64,000 bases of DNA. Origin: Dehalococcoidia bacterium (GTDB taxonomy: Bacteria > Chloroflexota > Dehalococcoidia > Lucifugimonadales > UBA3495). Under the pieces are notes generated by a model. It had not been told where the DNA came from, did not search any database, and saw only the letters and a program-made list of their open reading frames with translations. The DNA is taken from contig DAOUIF010000078.1 in the NCBI GenBank assembly GCA_034423575.1, positions 3,865-67,864 of the forward strand. The letters are read 5' to 3'. Position numbers and translations under genes: made by a program. Shown in pieces: positions 20,688 to 29,072 of the stretch (its first letter is position 1; every line of letters begins with the position of its first letter).

Positions 20688-21377
20688 ATGCAACTGGTGA
20701 TGGTTCATGGCTCCGGCCAGAACGAGTTGACCTACCACTACCAGACGGCAAGGTTCGACGACGCCGACGCCGTCAACCTGCCCGGCCATCCGGATGGGGA
20801 ACCCCGGGACAGCATCGGCGGATACGTGGACTGGGTGCGGGATTATGCGCACGGAAAGGGGTATCCGCCCTTCGTGCTGTCCGGGCACTCCATGGGAGGA
20901 GCGATAGCGCTGGACTACGCGCTGCGGTTCCCGGAGGACCTGGCCGGCTTGGTGCTGATTGGCACCGGGGCGCGGCTGCGCGTGCACCCCGACTATCTGA
21001 ACCGCTGTTTGGACGATGCCCAGTGGCGTTCCGAGGCGCCGGGGTACTACGAGGCCATCAACCGGGAACTGGCGCCGCAACTGGCCGCCCGTGCGCTGCA
21101 ATCGGGCCCCATGGTCGAGCACAACGACCTCTCCTGCTGCGACAAGTTCGACGTTATGGAGCGGGTCAAGGAAATCGCGCTGCCGTCCCTGGTGGTCGTG
21201 GGCGCAGACGACATCATGACCCCGGTGCGTTATGCGGAATACCTGGGCCGGGAGATGCAGGACGCCGAGGTAGTGGTAGTTCCCAACTCGGGGCACTTCG
21301 TCACCCTGGAACAACCGGAAGCGGTAAACGATGCCATCGCGCGCTTCCTGGACCGGTTAGTAGCCTCGGCAGGCTAG
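20688..21377 (+). CDS. alpha/beta hydrolase
   Basis: GHSMGG nucleophile elbow; 229 aa. Confidence 0.8.
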   Translation: MQLVMVHGSGQNELTYHYQTARFDDADAVNLPGHPDGEPRDSIGGYVDWVRDYAHGKGYPPFVLSGHSMGGAIALDYALRFPEDLAGLVLIGTGARLRVHPDYLNRCLDDAQWRSEAPGYYEAINRELAPQLAARALQSGPMVEHNDLSCCDKFDVMERVKEIALPSLVVVGADDIMTPVRYAEYLGREMQDAEVVVVPNSGHFVTLEQPEAVNDAIARFLDRLVASAG

Positions 21378-21414
21378 ACGAAGATTTCGGACTACCATTG
21401 TTTCCGCCCGGCCA

Positions 21415-23733
21415 TTGGCCGGGCTTCCTCGTTATCGAGGATTTGGGCAGCCGACGATGCTGGTATCATGGGGCCAACCTCACCCGGACCCAGTTTCACC
21501 AGCCATGGCAACGGCGCATACTTACACGCCTGAAGGGCACCGCCTGGACGCGTTCCTGGTGGGAATGTACGCCGGCCATCCCGATGCCCAGGGATTGCCC
21601 TCAGCCCGAAGAGTGGCGGCGATTGCTGCTGAACTTCTCGAGTCTTGCGACTTGGATCTCGATGCGACGGTGGTGAACACTGCGGCTCTACTGCATCTGG
21701 TGGGCCGTCCGAATGATCCGGACCGTGCGGACGGGTCGGTTGGACTGGGTGTTGCATGGCTGCGTGGTGCGGGGGCGCCAGAACCATACGTGGCGGCGGT
21801 AGCGAGGGCGATCGCGGGAGCTTTGTCGGAAGCTCCTGTGCTCGATCTCGATTTTCGGCAAGACGACAACGGCAAGTTGCTGCGGGACGCCGCGCTGCTG
21901 GACTTGGCGAGCGTTGAAAGGCATTCCGATTACTTGCGAGACGTGCCGCCGCCCGGACGGCTTCGGGAGACATACCTGGCGGAATATCGCCGCGAGTGCT
22001 TGACGCCGGCGTTGCAGTTGCGCGGCATGTTGACTCTGCCGGCGGCGTTGGAAATGTATTCCCAGCGCATACCCAAATTGTCGGCGTGGCTGGATGAACA
22101 GCCGGCCAATTTGGTCCCATCGGATTGGCGGCGCCTGGTGGAAGTGGCGGAGATCGAGAGCGGGGTGGACAGGTTGCTGGCCGGCGAAGATCCGGCGGCG
22201 GTTCGGGCCGAAATGCCCGCCGGGGGGCTGCCCTACGCGGAGTATCGGGGGCGGCAGCGGGCCATCATTGCCGGGAGTCACGACCGGATCCTGGGACTGA
22301 CCCATGCTCGCATTGAGGCGTCGCGCAACGTGGCCGCGGAAAAATACCTGGAAAGCGACACGATTCACAAGCCGGCGGTGGAGGAAAACCTGTTCGTCGG
22401 CGCGCGTCGTCGGGCCCGGCAATTGGGCTTGTCTGCGGAGACGGCGGAGGACATCGCCAGGCTGTTGCTTTCCAACGCCCGCGAGGCGCAGGAGCGGACC
22501 CTCAACGACATTGCCCAGCGTTTGAGCCGGTTGCACGGCCAGATCCTGGATGCGGAATCGCCGGAATCTCGCACCGACGAGGCTGACATAGCGATCCCTT
22601 CCCTGGTGGTTCGCACCGGGGACCAGCCGCTGGCCCGCGAGAACGAACTGATCAAGGAGCTGCGCGTCACCGGGCTGAATGAGGCCTACCCGGAACAGAG
22701 ACGCCGGTTCATGGAGTGGTTCGACCCGCCGCATCCCTACATGGAAACCGGGATGACGGTGGGCAGCAGGGACGCTGACATCTTCATGCAGTCGCTGATT
22801 GACGGCCAGCGGTGCAAGGTCGTGACGACGGTCGCCATCGACGGGCCGCCGCACTTGGGCCATGGGACTATCGCCAGCATGCTGGCGCATTTTCAGACAA
22901 TGGGCGCGGAGGTGACCATCGGTTTTCGCGACGAACTTGGCGATCTCGAAGAGGCGCGGCAATTGATGCACGACCACCTGTCAGCTATGGCAGCCAGCGA
23001 CCTGAATCTGGAGCGTGTCGACGCCTACCTGCAGCAGGACAGTCCCTCGATCGTAAGGACGGCGTTTGAACTGGGCGAGGCCATCCCGCTGAGCGTGTTG
23101 AACTCGGCGCTCGGACTCCGGTTGCGGGACAGCGCAACCGACACCTTCCGGCCGCTCCTGCGGCTGGCCGACATTCTGCACTTACAGCAACAGGAATGTG
23201 GCGGCCCTTGTAGGACACTGGTCCTCGACGGCATCGGCGGCGATGTGTACGTGCGCATGGCGCGCAACGTGGCCGATCGGTTCGGGTTCCTCAAGTCGTC
23301 TGCTTTGTATCTGCGCCCGTTGCGAAATCTGACCACCTACGAAGACCCGCGGACCGGCGACGCGGTGGAGGTCATGACCAATCGGGTCCCGCCCGGCCGC
23401 ATCACGTATAACGACGATCCGGCCGAGATCCGGCGACGCATCGGCCGGGCATACACCGGTGGCCGCGGCACGCTGGAAGAGCAGCGGGAGAAAGGTGGCA
23501 ACCCCGATCCGAGGGTCTGCTCAGTGTCCAGTCTGCACGCCTTTTACACCACGCCGGACCCGAAGGAGTACGGAGAGTTGCAAACGCGGTGCCGTGCGGG
23601 CGAGTTGCTGTGTGGGGATTGCAAGGCGTACGCGGCAGACCGCCTGCTAGAATATTTCGACCGGCATCGGCGCGAACGGGAGGGGATCTCCGACGAGAGG
23701 GACGCCCGGCCCGGTTTCCTAGCCGGCGCGTAA
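21415..23733 (+). CDS. three-module fusion: degenerate HD-like + chorismate-mutase-like + TrpRS-like (HLGH present, KMSKS replaced by VMTNR)
   Basis: See findings. The start is uncertain (TTG 21415, ATG 21457 or ATG 21505). The gene is 24 nt upstream of trpS on the same strand. Confidence 0.6.
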   Translation: MAGLPRYRGFGQPTMLVSWGQPHPDPVSPAMATAHTYTPEGHRLDAFLVGMYAGHPDAQGLPSARRVAAIAAELLESCDLDLDATVVNTAALLHLVGRPNDPDRADGSVGLGVAWLRGAGAPEPYVAAVARAIAGALSEAPVLDLDFRQDDNGKLLRDAALLDLASVERHSDYLRDVPPPGRLRETYLAEYRRECLTPALQLRGMLTLPAALEMYSQRIPKLSAWLDEQPANLVPSDWRRLVEVAEIESGVDRLLAGEDPAAVRAEMPAGGLPYAEYRGRQRAIIAGSHDRILGLTHARIEASRNVAAEKYLESDTIHKPAVEENLFVGARRRARQLGLSAETAEDIARLLLSNAREAQERTLNDIAQRLSRLHGQILDAESPESRTDEADIAIPSLVVRTGDQPLARENELIKELRVTGLNEAYPEQRRRFMEWFDPPHPYMETGMTVGSRDADIFMQSLIDGQRCKVVTTVAIDGPPHLGHGTIASMLAHFQTMGAEVTIGFRDELGDLEEARQLMHDHLSAMAASDLNLERVDAYLQQDSPSIVRTAFELGEAIPLSVLNSALGLRLRDSATDTFRPLLRLADILHLQQQECGGPCRTLVLDGIGGDVYVRMARNVADRFGFLKSSALYLRPLRNLTTYEDPRTGDAVEVMTNRVPPGRITYNDDPAEIRRRIGRAYTGGRGTLEEQREKGGNPDPRVCSVSSLHAFYTTPDPKEYGELQTRCRAGELLCGDCKAYAADRLLEYFDRHRREREGISDERDARPGFLAGA

Positions 23734-23757
23734 ACGTCCAGGGAGGCTGTCTCCGAA

Positions 23758-24774
23758 ATGGCAAACCAGCAACGAATTTTGACCGGCATGCGACCCACCG
23801 GGCAGTTGCATTTGGGGCACTACCTGGGTGCCCTGGAAAACTGGATACAGATGCAGCACGAGTACGAGTGCTTTTTCCTCATTGCCGACTACCAGGCGAT
23901 GGGGGATCACCTGGACGACATCGGTCTGATCCAGCGTTCCGTACTCGAGGTCGCCACCGACTGGCTGGCCGTGGGCCTGGACCCCGAGAAGTCGGCCTTC
24001 GTGATTCAGAGCTATGTGCCGGAGCACGCCGAACTGACCATGTTTTTCTCCATGCTCATGCCGTTGAACCAGCACCAGCGGAACCCGACACTGCGGGCCG
24101 AGACGGCGCAACTGGAAGCGGAAAACCAGTCCATCACCCTGGGGTTTTTCAACTATCCCATCAGCCAGGCCGCCGACATCCTGCTGCCCAAGGCCCACCT
24201 GGTGCCGGTAGGGGAGGACCAGGTGGCGCACATCGAGTACACGCGCGACGTTGCCCGGCGGTTCAACCGTCTGTACGGCGAGGTGTTCCCGATCCCCCGA
24301 GCCAGGGTGGGGCGCGTGCCCCGATTGGTCGGTACCGACGGCCAGGCCAAAATGAGCAAGAGCCTGAATAACGCCATCTACCTGGCCGACGGCCCGGAAG
24401 CAGTGGAGGACCGGGTGCGACGGATGGTCACCGACGTAACCGGCGAAAATCCCCGATTGCGGGCCACGGATCCGGGCGTTGTGGAATACAATCCTGCGTT
24501 TCTGTACCACGACGCGTTCAACGATAACGCCGACGAGGTGGCGGAGCTCAAGGAGCGGTACACCGCCGGAACGGTGAGCGACCGCGAGGTAAAGGAACGC
24601 CTCACGGCCGCGCTCAACCAGTTCCTGGAGCCGATCCGCGAGAAGCGGTCTTGGTATGAGGAACATCCGGATTTCGTGCGCGACGTACTGAAGGAGGGTA
24701 CAGAGCGGGAACGGGCAATCGCGCAGCAGACCATCGAGGACGTTCGCCAGGCGATGCAGGTGGTTTACACCTGA
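23758..24774 (+). CDS. trpS: tryptophan--tRNA ligase
   Basis: 338 aa with TGQLHLGH (HIGH) and KMSKS both present; GGGAGG upstream. Confidence 0.95.
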   Translation: MANQQRILTGMRPTGQLHLGHYLGALENWIQMQHEYECFFLIADYQAMGDHLDDIGLIQRSVLEVATDWLAVGLDPEKSAFVIQSYVPEHAELTMFFSMLMPLNQHQRNPTLRAETAQLEAENQSITLGFFNYPISQAADILLPKAHLVPVGEDQVAHIEYTRDVARRFNRLYGEVFPIPRARVGRVPRLVGTDGQAKMSKSLNNAIYLADGPEAVEDRVRRMVTDVTGENPRLRATDPGVVEYNPAFLYHDAFNDNADEVAELKERYTAGTVSDREVKERLTAALNQFLEPIREKRSWYEEHPDFVRDVLKEGTERERAIAQQTIEDVRQAMQVVYT

Positions 24775-24823
24775 CCACAGGCTATGGGGCGGCGCTGACT
24801 CGAAAGGACTACCGACCTAAAAC

Positions 24824-24853
24824 GGGGCAACCGCAGGGTTGCCCCTTGTTTTG
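24824..24853 (+). terminator. rho-independent terminator of trpS
   Basis: GGGGCAACC, GCAG loop, GGTTGCCCC (perfect 9-bp stem) followed by TTGTTTTG. Confidence 0.85.
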
Positions 24854-24932
24854 TCACCGTGTTAGCGTAACTCGACTGCGCCAGGCGCTCCGCCTAGCGC
24901 TTTCTTACTCGTTGCCAAACCGGAGGGATGAC

Positions 24933-24960
24933 ATGGCAGGCAATCCGCGAGACAAATATT
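24933..24960 (+). pseudogene. severed 5' end (SD, ATG and 9 codons) of the thiolase gene whose body resumes at 27843
   Basis: GGAGGG (24922-24927), 5 nt, then ATG GCA GGC AAT CCG CGA GAC AAA TAT T. Joined to 27843 onward it reads MAGNPRDKYCIVGVGETEY in frame with ORF 27854..29044. Confidence 0.75.
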
Positions 24961-24987
24961 GGGGAATTACCGGGATAAGTTGACAAA
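24953..24987. repeat. left target duplication (CAAATATT) plus left terminal inverted repeat of the transposon
   Basis: 24955-24987 AATATTGGGGAATTACCGGGATAAGTTGACAAA matches the reverse complement of 27810-27842 at 30 of 33 positions (hand count). Confidence 0.8.
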
Positions 24988-25008
24988 GTAGCGTTCCGCC
25001 GGTAGCAT
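24980..25008 (+). promoter_or_regulatory. inward-facing promoter in the left IR driving the MTase-HNH gene (leaderless geometry)
   Basis: TTGACA (24980-24985), 17 nt, TAGCAT (25003-25008), then 6 nt to the ATG at 25015. Confidence 0.55.
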
Positions 25009-25014
25009 CGCCGC

Positions 25015-26587
25015 ATGGCTGCCGCTACCCGAAATTTCGCCAATCGTACCCTTTTTCACGGCGATAATCTACCCTTCCTGCGGGGCATGAACTCCGGGAC
25101 GGTCAACCTCATCGCCACCGATCCGCCGTTCAACAAGAACAAGGACTTCCATTCCACCCCGAACAGCCTGGCCAGCGGCGCCCGCTTCGTTGACCGCTGG
25201 GCATGGGAGCGCGACGTTCACCAGGATTGGGTTGACGCCATCAAAGACGACTGGCCCGGCGTCTGGCAGGCCATTGAGAACGGGCGGGTCAACCACTCGG
25301 AGGGCATGGCTGCGTTCCTGTGCTGGCTCGGCATCCGGCTGATTGAGTGCCGGCGCGTGCTGGCCGACGACGGCAGCCTGTACCTGCACATCGACCACAC
25401 CGCCCACGCCTACGCGAAGTGCCTGCTTGACGCCATCTTTGGCCGACGCAACTTTCGGAACGCGATTGCATGGCAGCGCAATGATGGCCGGGGCAAGGGC
25501 AGTCAGCACAACCCGAAATCATGGGGGTCGAATACTGACATCCTACTGTTTTATGCCAAGTCTGAGCGGGGGGGTAAAACCGTTCCGGGAACTCACCGCC
25601 GAAGAAGTGGAGGCGAAATTTCCGCGCACTGATGAAAACGGCCAGCGTTTCTATGCAGGGATCCCCGTGTTTTGTTCGCAGTCAATGGGGGCACGCCCCA
25701 ACCTCTGCTTTGAGTGGCGCGGGTTCCGCAATCCGCATCCGAGCGGTTGGCGGTTGAGCAAGGAGCGTCTGGAAGAGGAGTACCAGAAAGGCAACGTCGT
25801 AATCCGACCTGACGGCAAGTTGGAACGGCGCAAGTATCTTGACGACTATGAGGGCATCCCTGTTGATGATTTTTGGGGAGACATCCCGCGCTTGACGGAT
25901 GGCAACGAGCGTTCCGGCTACCCAACGCAGAAACCCCTTGCGTTGTACGAGCGGGTCATCGCGGCCAGCAGTAACCCCGGCGATCTGGTGCTGGACCCGT
26001 TCGCGGGCTGCGCCACCACGCCGGTAGCGGCGGAGCGGCTGGGCCGGCAGTGGGTCGGCATGGACATTTGGGACGGGGCGATTGACGAGGTGCGCCGCCG
26101 CATGGCGGATAGCCGCCAGTTGCTCACCGACGCCAACCCCCAGATCATCTATGCCACCATCCCGCCGGAGCGCACCGACGGCGACGACGGCGACGACGAC
26201 GGCCCCGAGGTTCCCGACCTGGTGCTGCGCCCGCAACGTCAGCCGGAACGCTGGGAACGGCTGTCCCACGCCGAAATGCGGGATATTCTGGCGACTGCCC
26301 AGGCCAACGGAGATAGCGTCGTTTGCGCCGGTTGCGGGATACAGCTGCCCGTGCGCTACATGGAGCTGGACCATATCACGCCGCGCAAGGACGGCGGCGA
26401 GAACGTCATCACCAACCGGATACTGCTGTGCGGGCCGTGCAATGGGGCGAAGTCCGCCAACCTCACGCTGTCGGGGCTGGTGCGGCACAACCGGCGGTTG
26501 GGATTTGAAGTAGATAGGGGCTTGGCGGAACTGGCCGCCAGCCGAGCGCGGGACGCTGCCCAGCGTTGCCGGGATACGATACGCTGA
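25015..26587 (+). pseudogene. beta-class N6-adenine/N4-cytosine DNA methyltransferase fused to a C-terminal HNH endonuclease domain; frameshifted at a G7 run
   Basis: DPPF (motif IV) precedes VLDPFAGCATT (motif I). YPTQKP is present, and the HNH signature reads CAGCG...DHITPRKDGGE...NRILLCGPCNGAKS. ORFs 25015..25632 and 25343..26587 meet at GGGGGGG (25568-25574). Confidence 0.85.
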
Positions 26588-26791
26588 CTACTCTTTGATC
26601 TTCTCCACCCACCAAGCGGCGATGTAGGTGTCGCCGCCAATCTTGCCGACGATTTCGCCGTCGGCCATTTTCAGGGTAAAGGCGCTGCCCTCCTGCTCCA
26701 TATCATCGGCCCTGATACGGATGACGGAAGGCCACTGCCCGGATGATTTTGCGTCCATCTGGAAGCAGTAGAACTTGTTGACGATGGTCAT
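26588..26791 (-). CDS. 67-aa hypothetical protein (transposon passenger)
   Basis: ATG ORF starting 4 nt after the transposase stop. Its stop abuts the MTase stop with a 0-nt gap. No motif recognised. Confidence 0.45.
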   Translation of the reverse strand: MTIVNKFYCFQMDAKSSGQWPSVIRIRADDMEQEGSAFTLKMADGEIVGKIGGDTYIAAWWVEKIKE

Positions 26792-26795
26792 ATCC

Positions 26796-27758
26796 CTACA
26801 CCCAACCGAATTGCCCGGTGCGGCTCATGCCATTATCGGCGGTGAGGTCGGCGTAGGTCAACCTCTTGCCGATGCAACCGCGCACCAACGCAGCCATTTG
26901 GTCGAGCGTGTCGCTGGGCCGTTTGTTGAACCGGCCCTCGAACTCGGCTACGTAGCGGTCAAGATGCTTGACCGACATCCAGTGATAAATCCCGGTGTAG
27001 CCGCGCTTGAGCAATGCCCAGAACGATTCCATCCCGTTGGTGTGCGCCATGCCCTTGACGAACTCGCCCACGGAGTGCGTAACCGTTTCGTGCCGGCGGT
27101 TGAGCCGGTTAAACACCCGCGCTTCATCGGTGAATACCAGGGTAGTCGGCTCCGTGCGCTGGTGAACGAACTGCCGCATGGTGGGGCCGTCTTCGTGCTC
27201 AATGACTTTGGCGTCCACCTTGCCAGTTTCGCGGTCTTTGACGCCGGCCACCGGGGTTTTGCCGACTGCGCCGCGCCCCTGGTGCTTGCGCTTGGATTCG
27301 TGCTTGTTCTTCTCAACGCCACCGATGAACGTCGTATCGGATTCCACCGGGCCGGAGAAGACCGGATCGTCGCCAGCCATCGCCGCGCGGATACGATGTC
27401 CCATGTGCCAGGCCGAACCCTGGTGTATGCCCAGGTCGCGGGCCAGTTTGGTAGAGCTGACGCCCTTCAGGTTGGTGCAAATCTGATAGAACGCGATAGC
27501 CCACTTGCGGAGCGGGATTTTCGAGGATTGCATCACGGTTCCGAACTTCACGGAGAAATACTTGCGGCAATCGGAGCACCAGTAGGGCATCGGCTCGGCG
27601 TTGGGAACTTCGCTGGTGTTTTCGCCGTCGCAGCGGGCGCAGACGCGGCCATTGGGCCAGCGGATGGACTCAAACCACGTCTGGGCAGCATCATCGTCCG
27701 GGAACATCTCGAACAGGTCAATCAGGGTAATGCCCTTGCGAAAACTCTTACCGGCCAT
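26796..27758 (-). CDS. IS1595-family (ISXO2-like DDE) transposase
   Basis: N-terminal zinc ribbon CARCDG...CSDCRKYF, then VESDTTFIGG, VFTDEARVFNRL and HTNGMESFWALLKRG...HLDRYVAEFEGRFNKR. Confidence 0.92.
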   Translation of the reverse strand: MAGKSFRKGITLIDLFEMFPDDDAAQTWFESIRWPNGRVCARCDGENTSEVPNAEPMPYWCSDCRKYFSVKFGTVMQSSKIPLRKWAIAFYQICTNLKGVSSTKLARDLGIHQGSAWHMGHRIRAAMAGDDPVFSGPVESDTTFIGGVEKNKHESKRKHQGRGAVGKTPVAGVKDRETGKVDAKVIEHEDGPTMRQFVHQRTEPTTLVFTDEARVFNRLNRRHETVTHSVGEFVKGMAHTNGMESFWALLKRGYTGIYHWMSVKHLDRYVAEFEGRFNKRPSDTLDQMAALVRGCIGKRLTYADLTADNGMSRTGQFGWV

Positions 27759-27788
27759 AGCGATTCACCATCCTTGATTGCTGGGATG

Positions 27789-27817
27789 ATGATAGCAGGC
27801 TAGGGCGGGTTTGTCAA
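27789..27817 (-). promoter_or_regulatory. inward-facing promoter in the right IR driving the transposase
   Basis: Minus strand: TTGACA (27817-27812), 17 nt, TATCAT (27794-27789), about 30 nt upstream of the ATG at 27758. Confidence 0.55.
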
Positions 27818-27842
27818 GTTATCGCGGTAATTCCCAAATATT
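27810..27842. repeat. right terminal inverted repeat plus right target duplication (CAAATATT)
   Basis: Reverse complement AATATTTGGGAATTACCGCGATAACTTGACAAA. See 24953-24987. Confidence 0.8.
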
Positions 27843-29044
27843 GCATCGTTGGGGTGGGCGAAACCGAGTACAGCCGGGCCTCGGGACGCACCACCCGCGC
27901 CCTGGGCGCCGAGGCGATCCGCAACGCCATGAACGACGCCGGCCTGACGCCCGACCAGGTGGACGGGATGCTCAGCTACCACGGCGGCGACTCCACGCCG
28001 TCGACGTCGATACAGTACGACCTGGGCATCCGGCCGAATTTCTACATGGACTGCTCCGGCGGCGGGTCTTCCACGGAGGCGCTGGTGGGTTTGGCCATCG
28101 GTGCGATCGAGGCGGGGATGTGCGACGTGGTGGCGATTTTCCGATCGATGAACGGCTACTCCAACGTGCGCATCGGAGGCACCGGCGCGCGGGCGTCGGC
28201 TCCCATCGGCGGGCTGGACCTGATGAAGCGGCCCTACGGCCTGATCAGCGCCGTGCAGCAATTCGCCTACACCTTCACGCGCCACATGGCCGAGTACGGG
28301 GTCAAGAGCGAAGATCTGGCGGCCATCAAGGTGGCTCACTCCATTCACGCCTCCAATAACCCCAAAGCGCTGATGAAGCACCGGGTGACCGTGGACGACG
28401 TGATTAACTCCCGGTGGATCATCCGGCCGGTGGCCCACCTGTTGGACTGCTGCCTGGAAACCGATAACGCCACCTGCGTCATCGTCACTTCCGCCGAGCG
28501 GGCCCAAGACCTGAAGCACAATCCGATCTACATCAAAGGAGTGCAGGGTCGCGGCACCAAGCCCGGCGGCGACTTCCACTACCAACACGGGCCGATCTCG
28601 CGGGTGGCCGGCCACTATATCGCGCCGCGCATTTTCGATCTGGCCGGCGTAAAGCATGAGGACGTTGACATCACCGGCTGCTATGACGCCTTCACCTACA
28701 CCGTGTTGCTGCAGTTCGAGGACTACGGCTGGTGCGAGAAGGGCGAGGGCAAGGACTACGTGACCAGCGGCATCATCAACCTGGGTGGCAAGCGGCCCAA
28801 CAACCTCAGCGGCGGGCACCTCTGCGAGGGGTACACGCACGGGATGAACATGGTGATCGAGAACGTGCGACAGCTACGGGGCACTGTCGATGACTACTGC
28901 CCGGGCGCTTTGGAAGGCGACCACACCTACGAGTACGCCGAGGGAGGCTGCCGCCAGGTGAAGGATGCCAAGATCAGCATGAACATGGGTTGGGGGACGC
29001 CGGCCGTCGGCAGCGCGCTCATCATGGGCAACGTGCTCAGCTGA
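27843..29044 (+). pseudogene. thiolase-like protein (SCP-x / DUF35-associated type), body of a gene decapitated by the transposon
   Basis: ...IVGVGETEYSRASGRTTRALGAEAIRNAMNDAGL...; followed by its usual DUF35 partner. There is no SD or canonical start upstream of GTG 27854. Confidence 0.75.
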
Positions 29045-29072
29045 ACTCTGGACGATTACTAAGACTATTAGG

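Larger units (their letters stand above)
24961..27834. mobile_element. IS1595-family transposon with passenger genes (MTase-HNH, 67-aa ORF, transposase)
   Basis: Terminal IRs, an 8-bp direct repeat CAAATATT at 24953-24960 and 27835-27842, an IS1595-type transposase, and interruption of a reconstructable host gene. The boundary is ambiguous by a few nt because AATATT is palindromic. Confidence 0.85.

Noticed and set aside
18758-21314. Minus-strand ORFs 18758..19531, 18945..19631 and 19740..21314 (524 aa)
   Set aside because: They lie opposite gyrA and the alpha/beta hydrolase gene. They have low-complexity composition and no start context.
21688-22977. 429-aa minus ORF opposite the HD/CM/TrpRS-like fusion
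   Set aside because: It has no motifs and an R/P/Q-rich composition. The plus frame carries collinear similarity to the neighbouring TrpS.
23734-23757. T-box or attenuator leader in front of trpS
   Set aside because: The gap is only 24 nt and contains just an SD, so trpS is most simply co-transcribed with the upstream fusion gene.
24775-25014. Looked for a tRNA or other integration hotspot next to the mobile element
   Set aside because: No cloverleaf or T-loop (GGTTCGAATCC-like) sequence is present. The insertion target is instead the 5' end of a protein gene.
26775-28840. ORFs 26775..27803 (+) and 27800..28840 (-)
   Set aside because: They are antisense to the IS1595 transposase and the thiolase respectively, both of which have strong family patterns.
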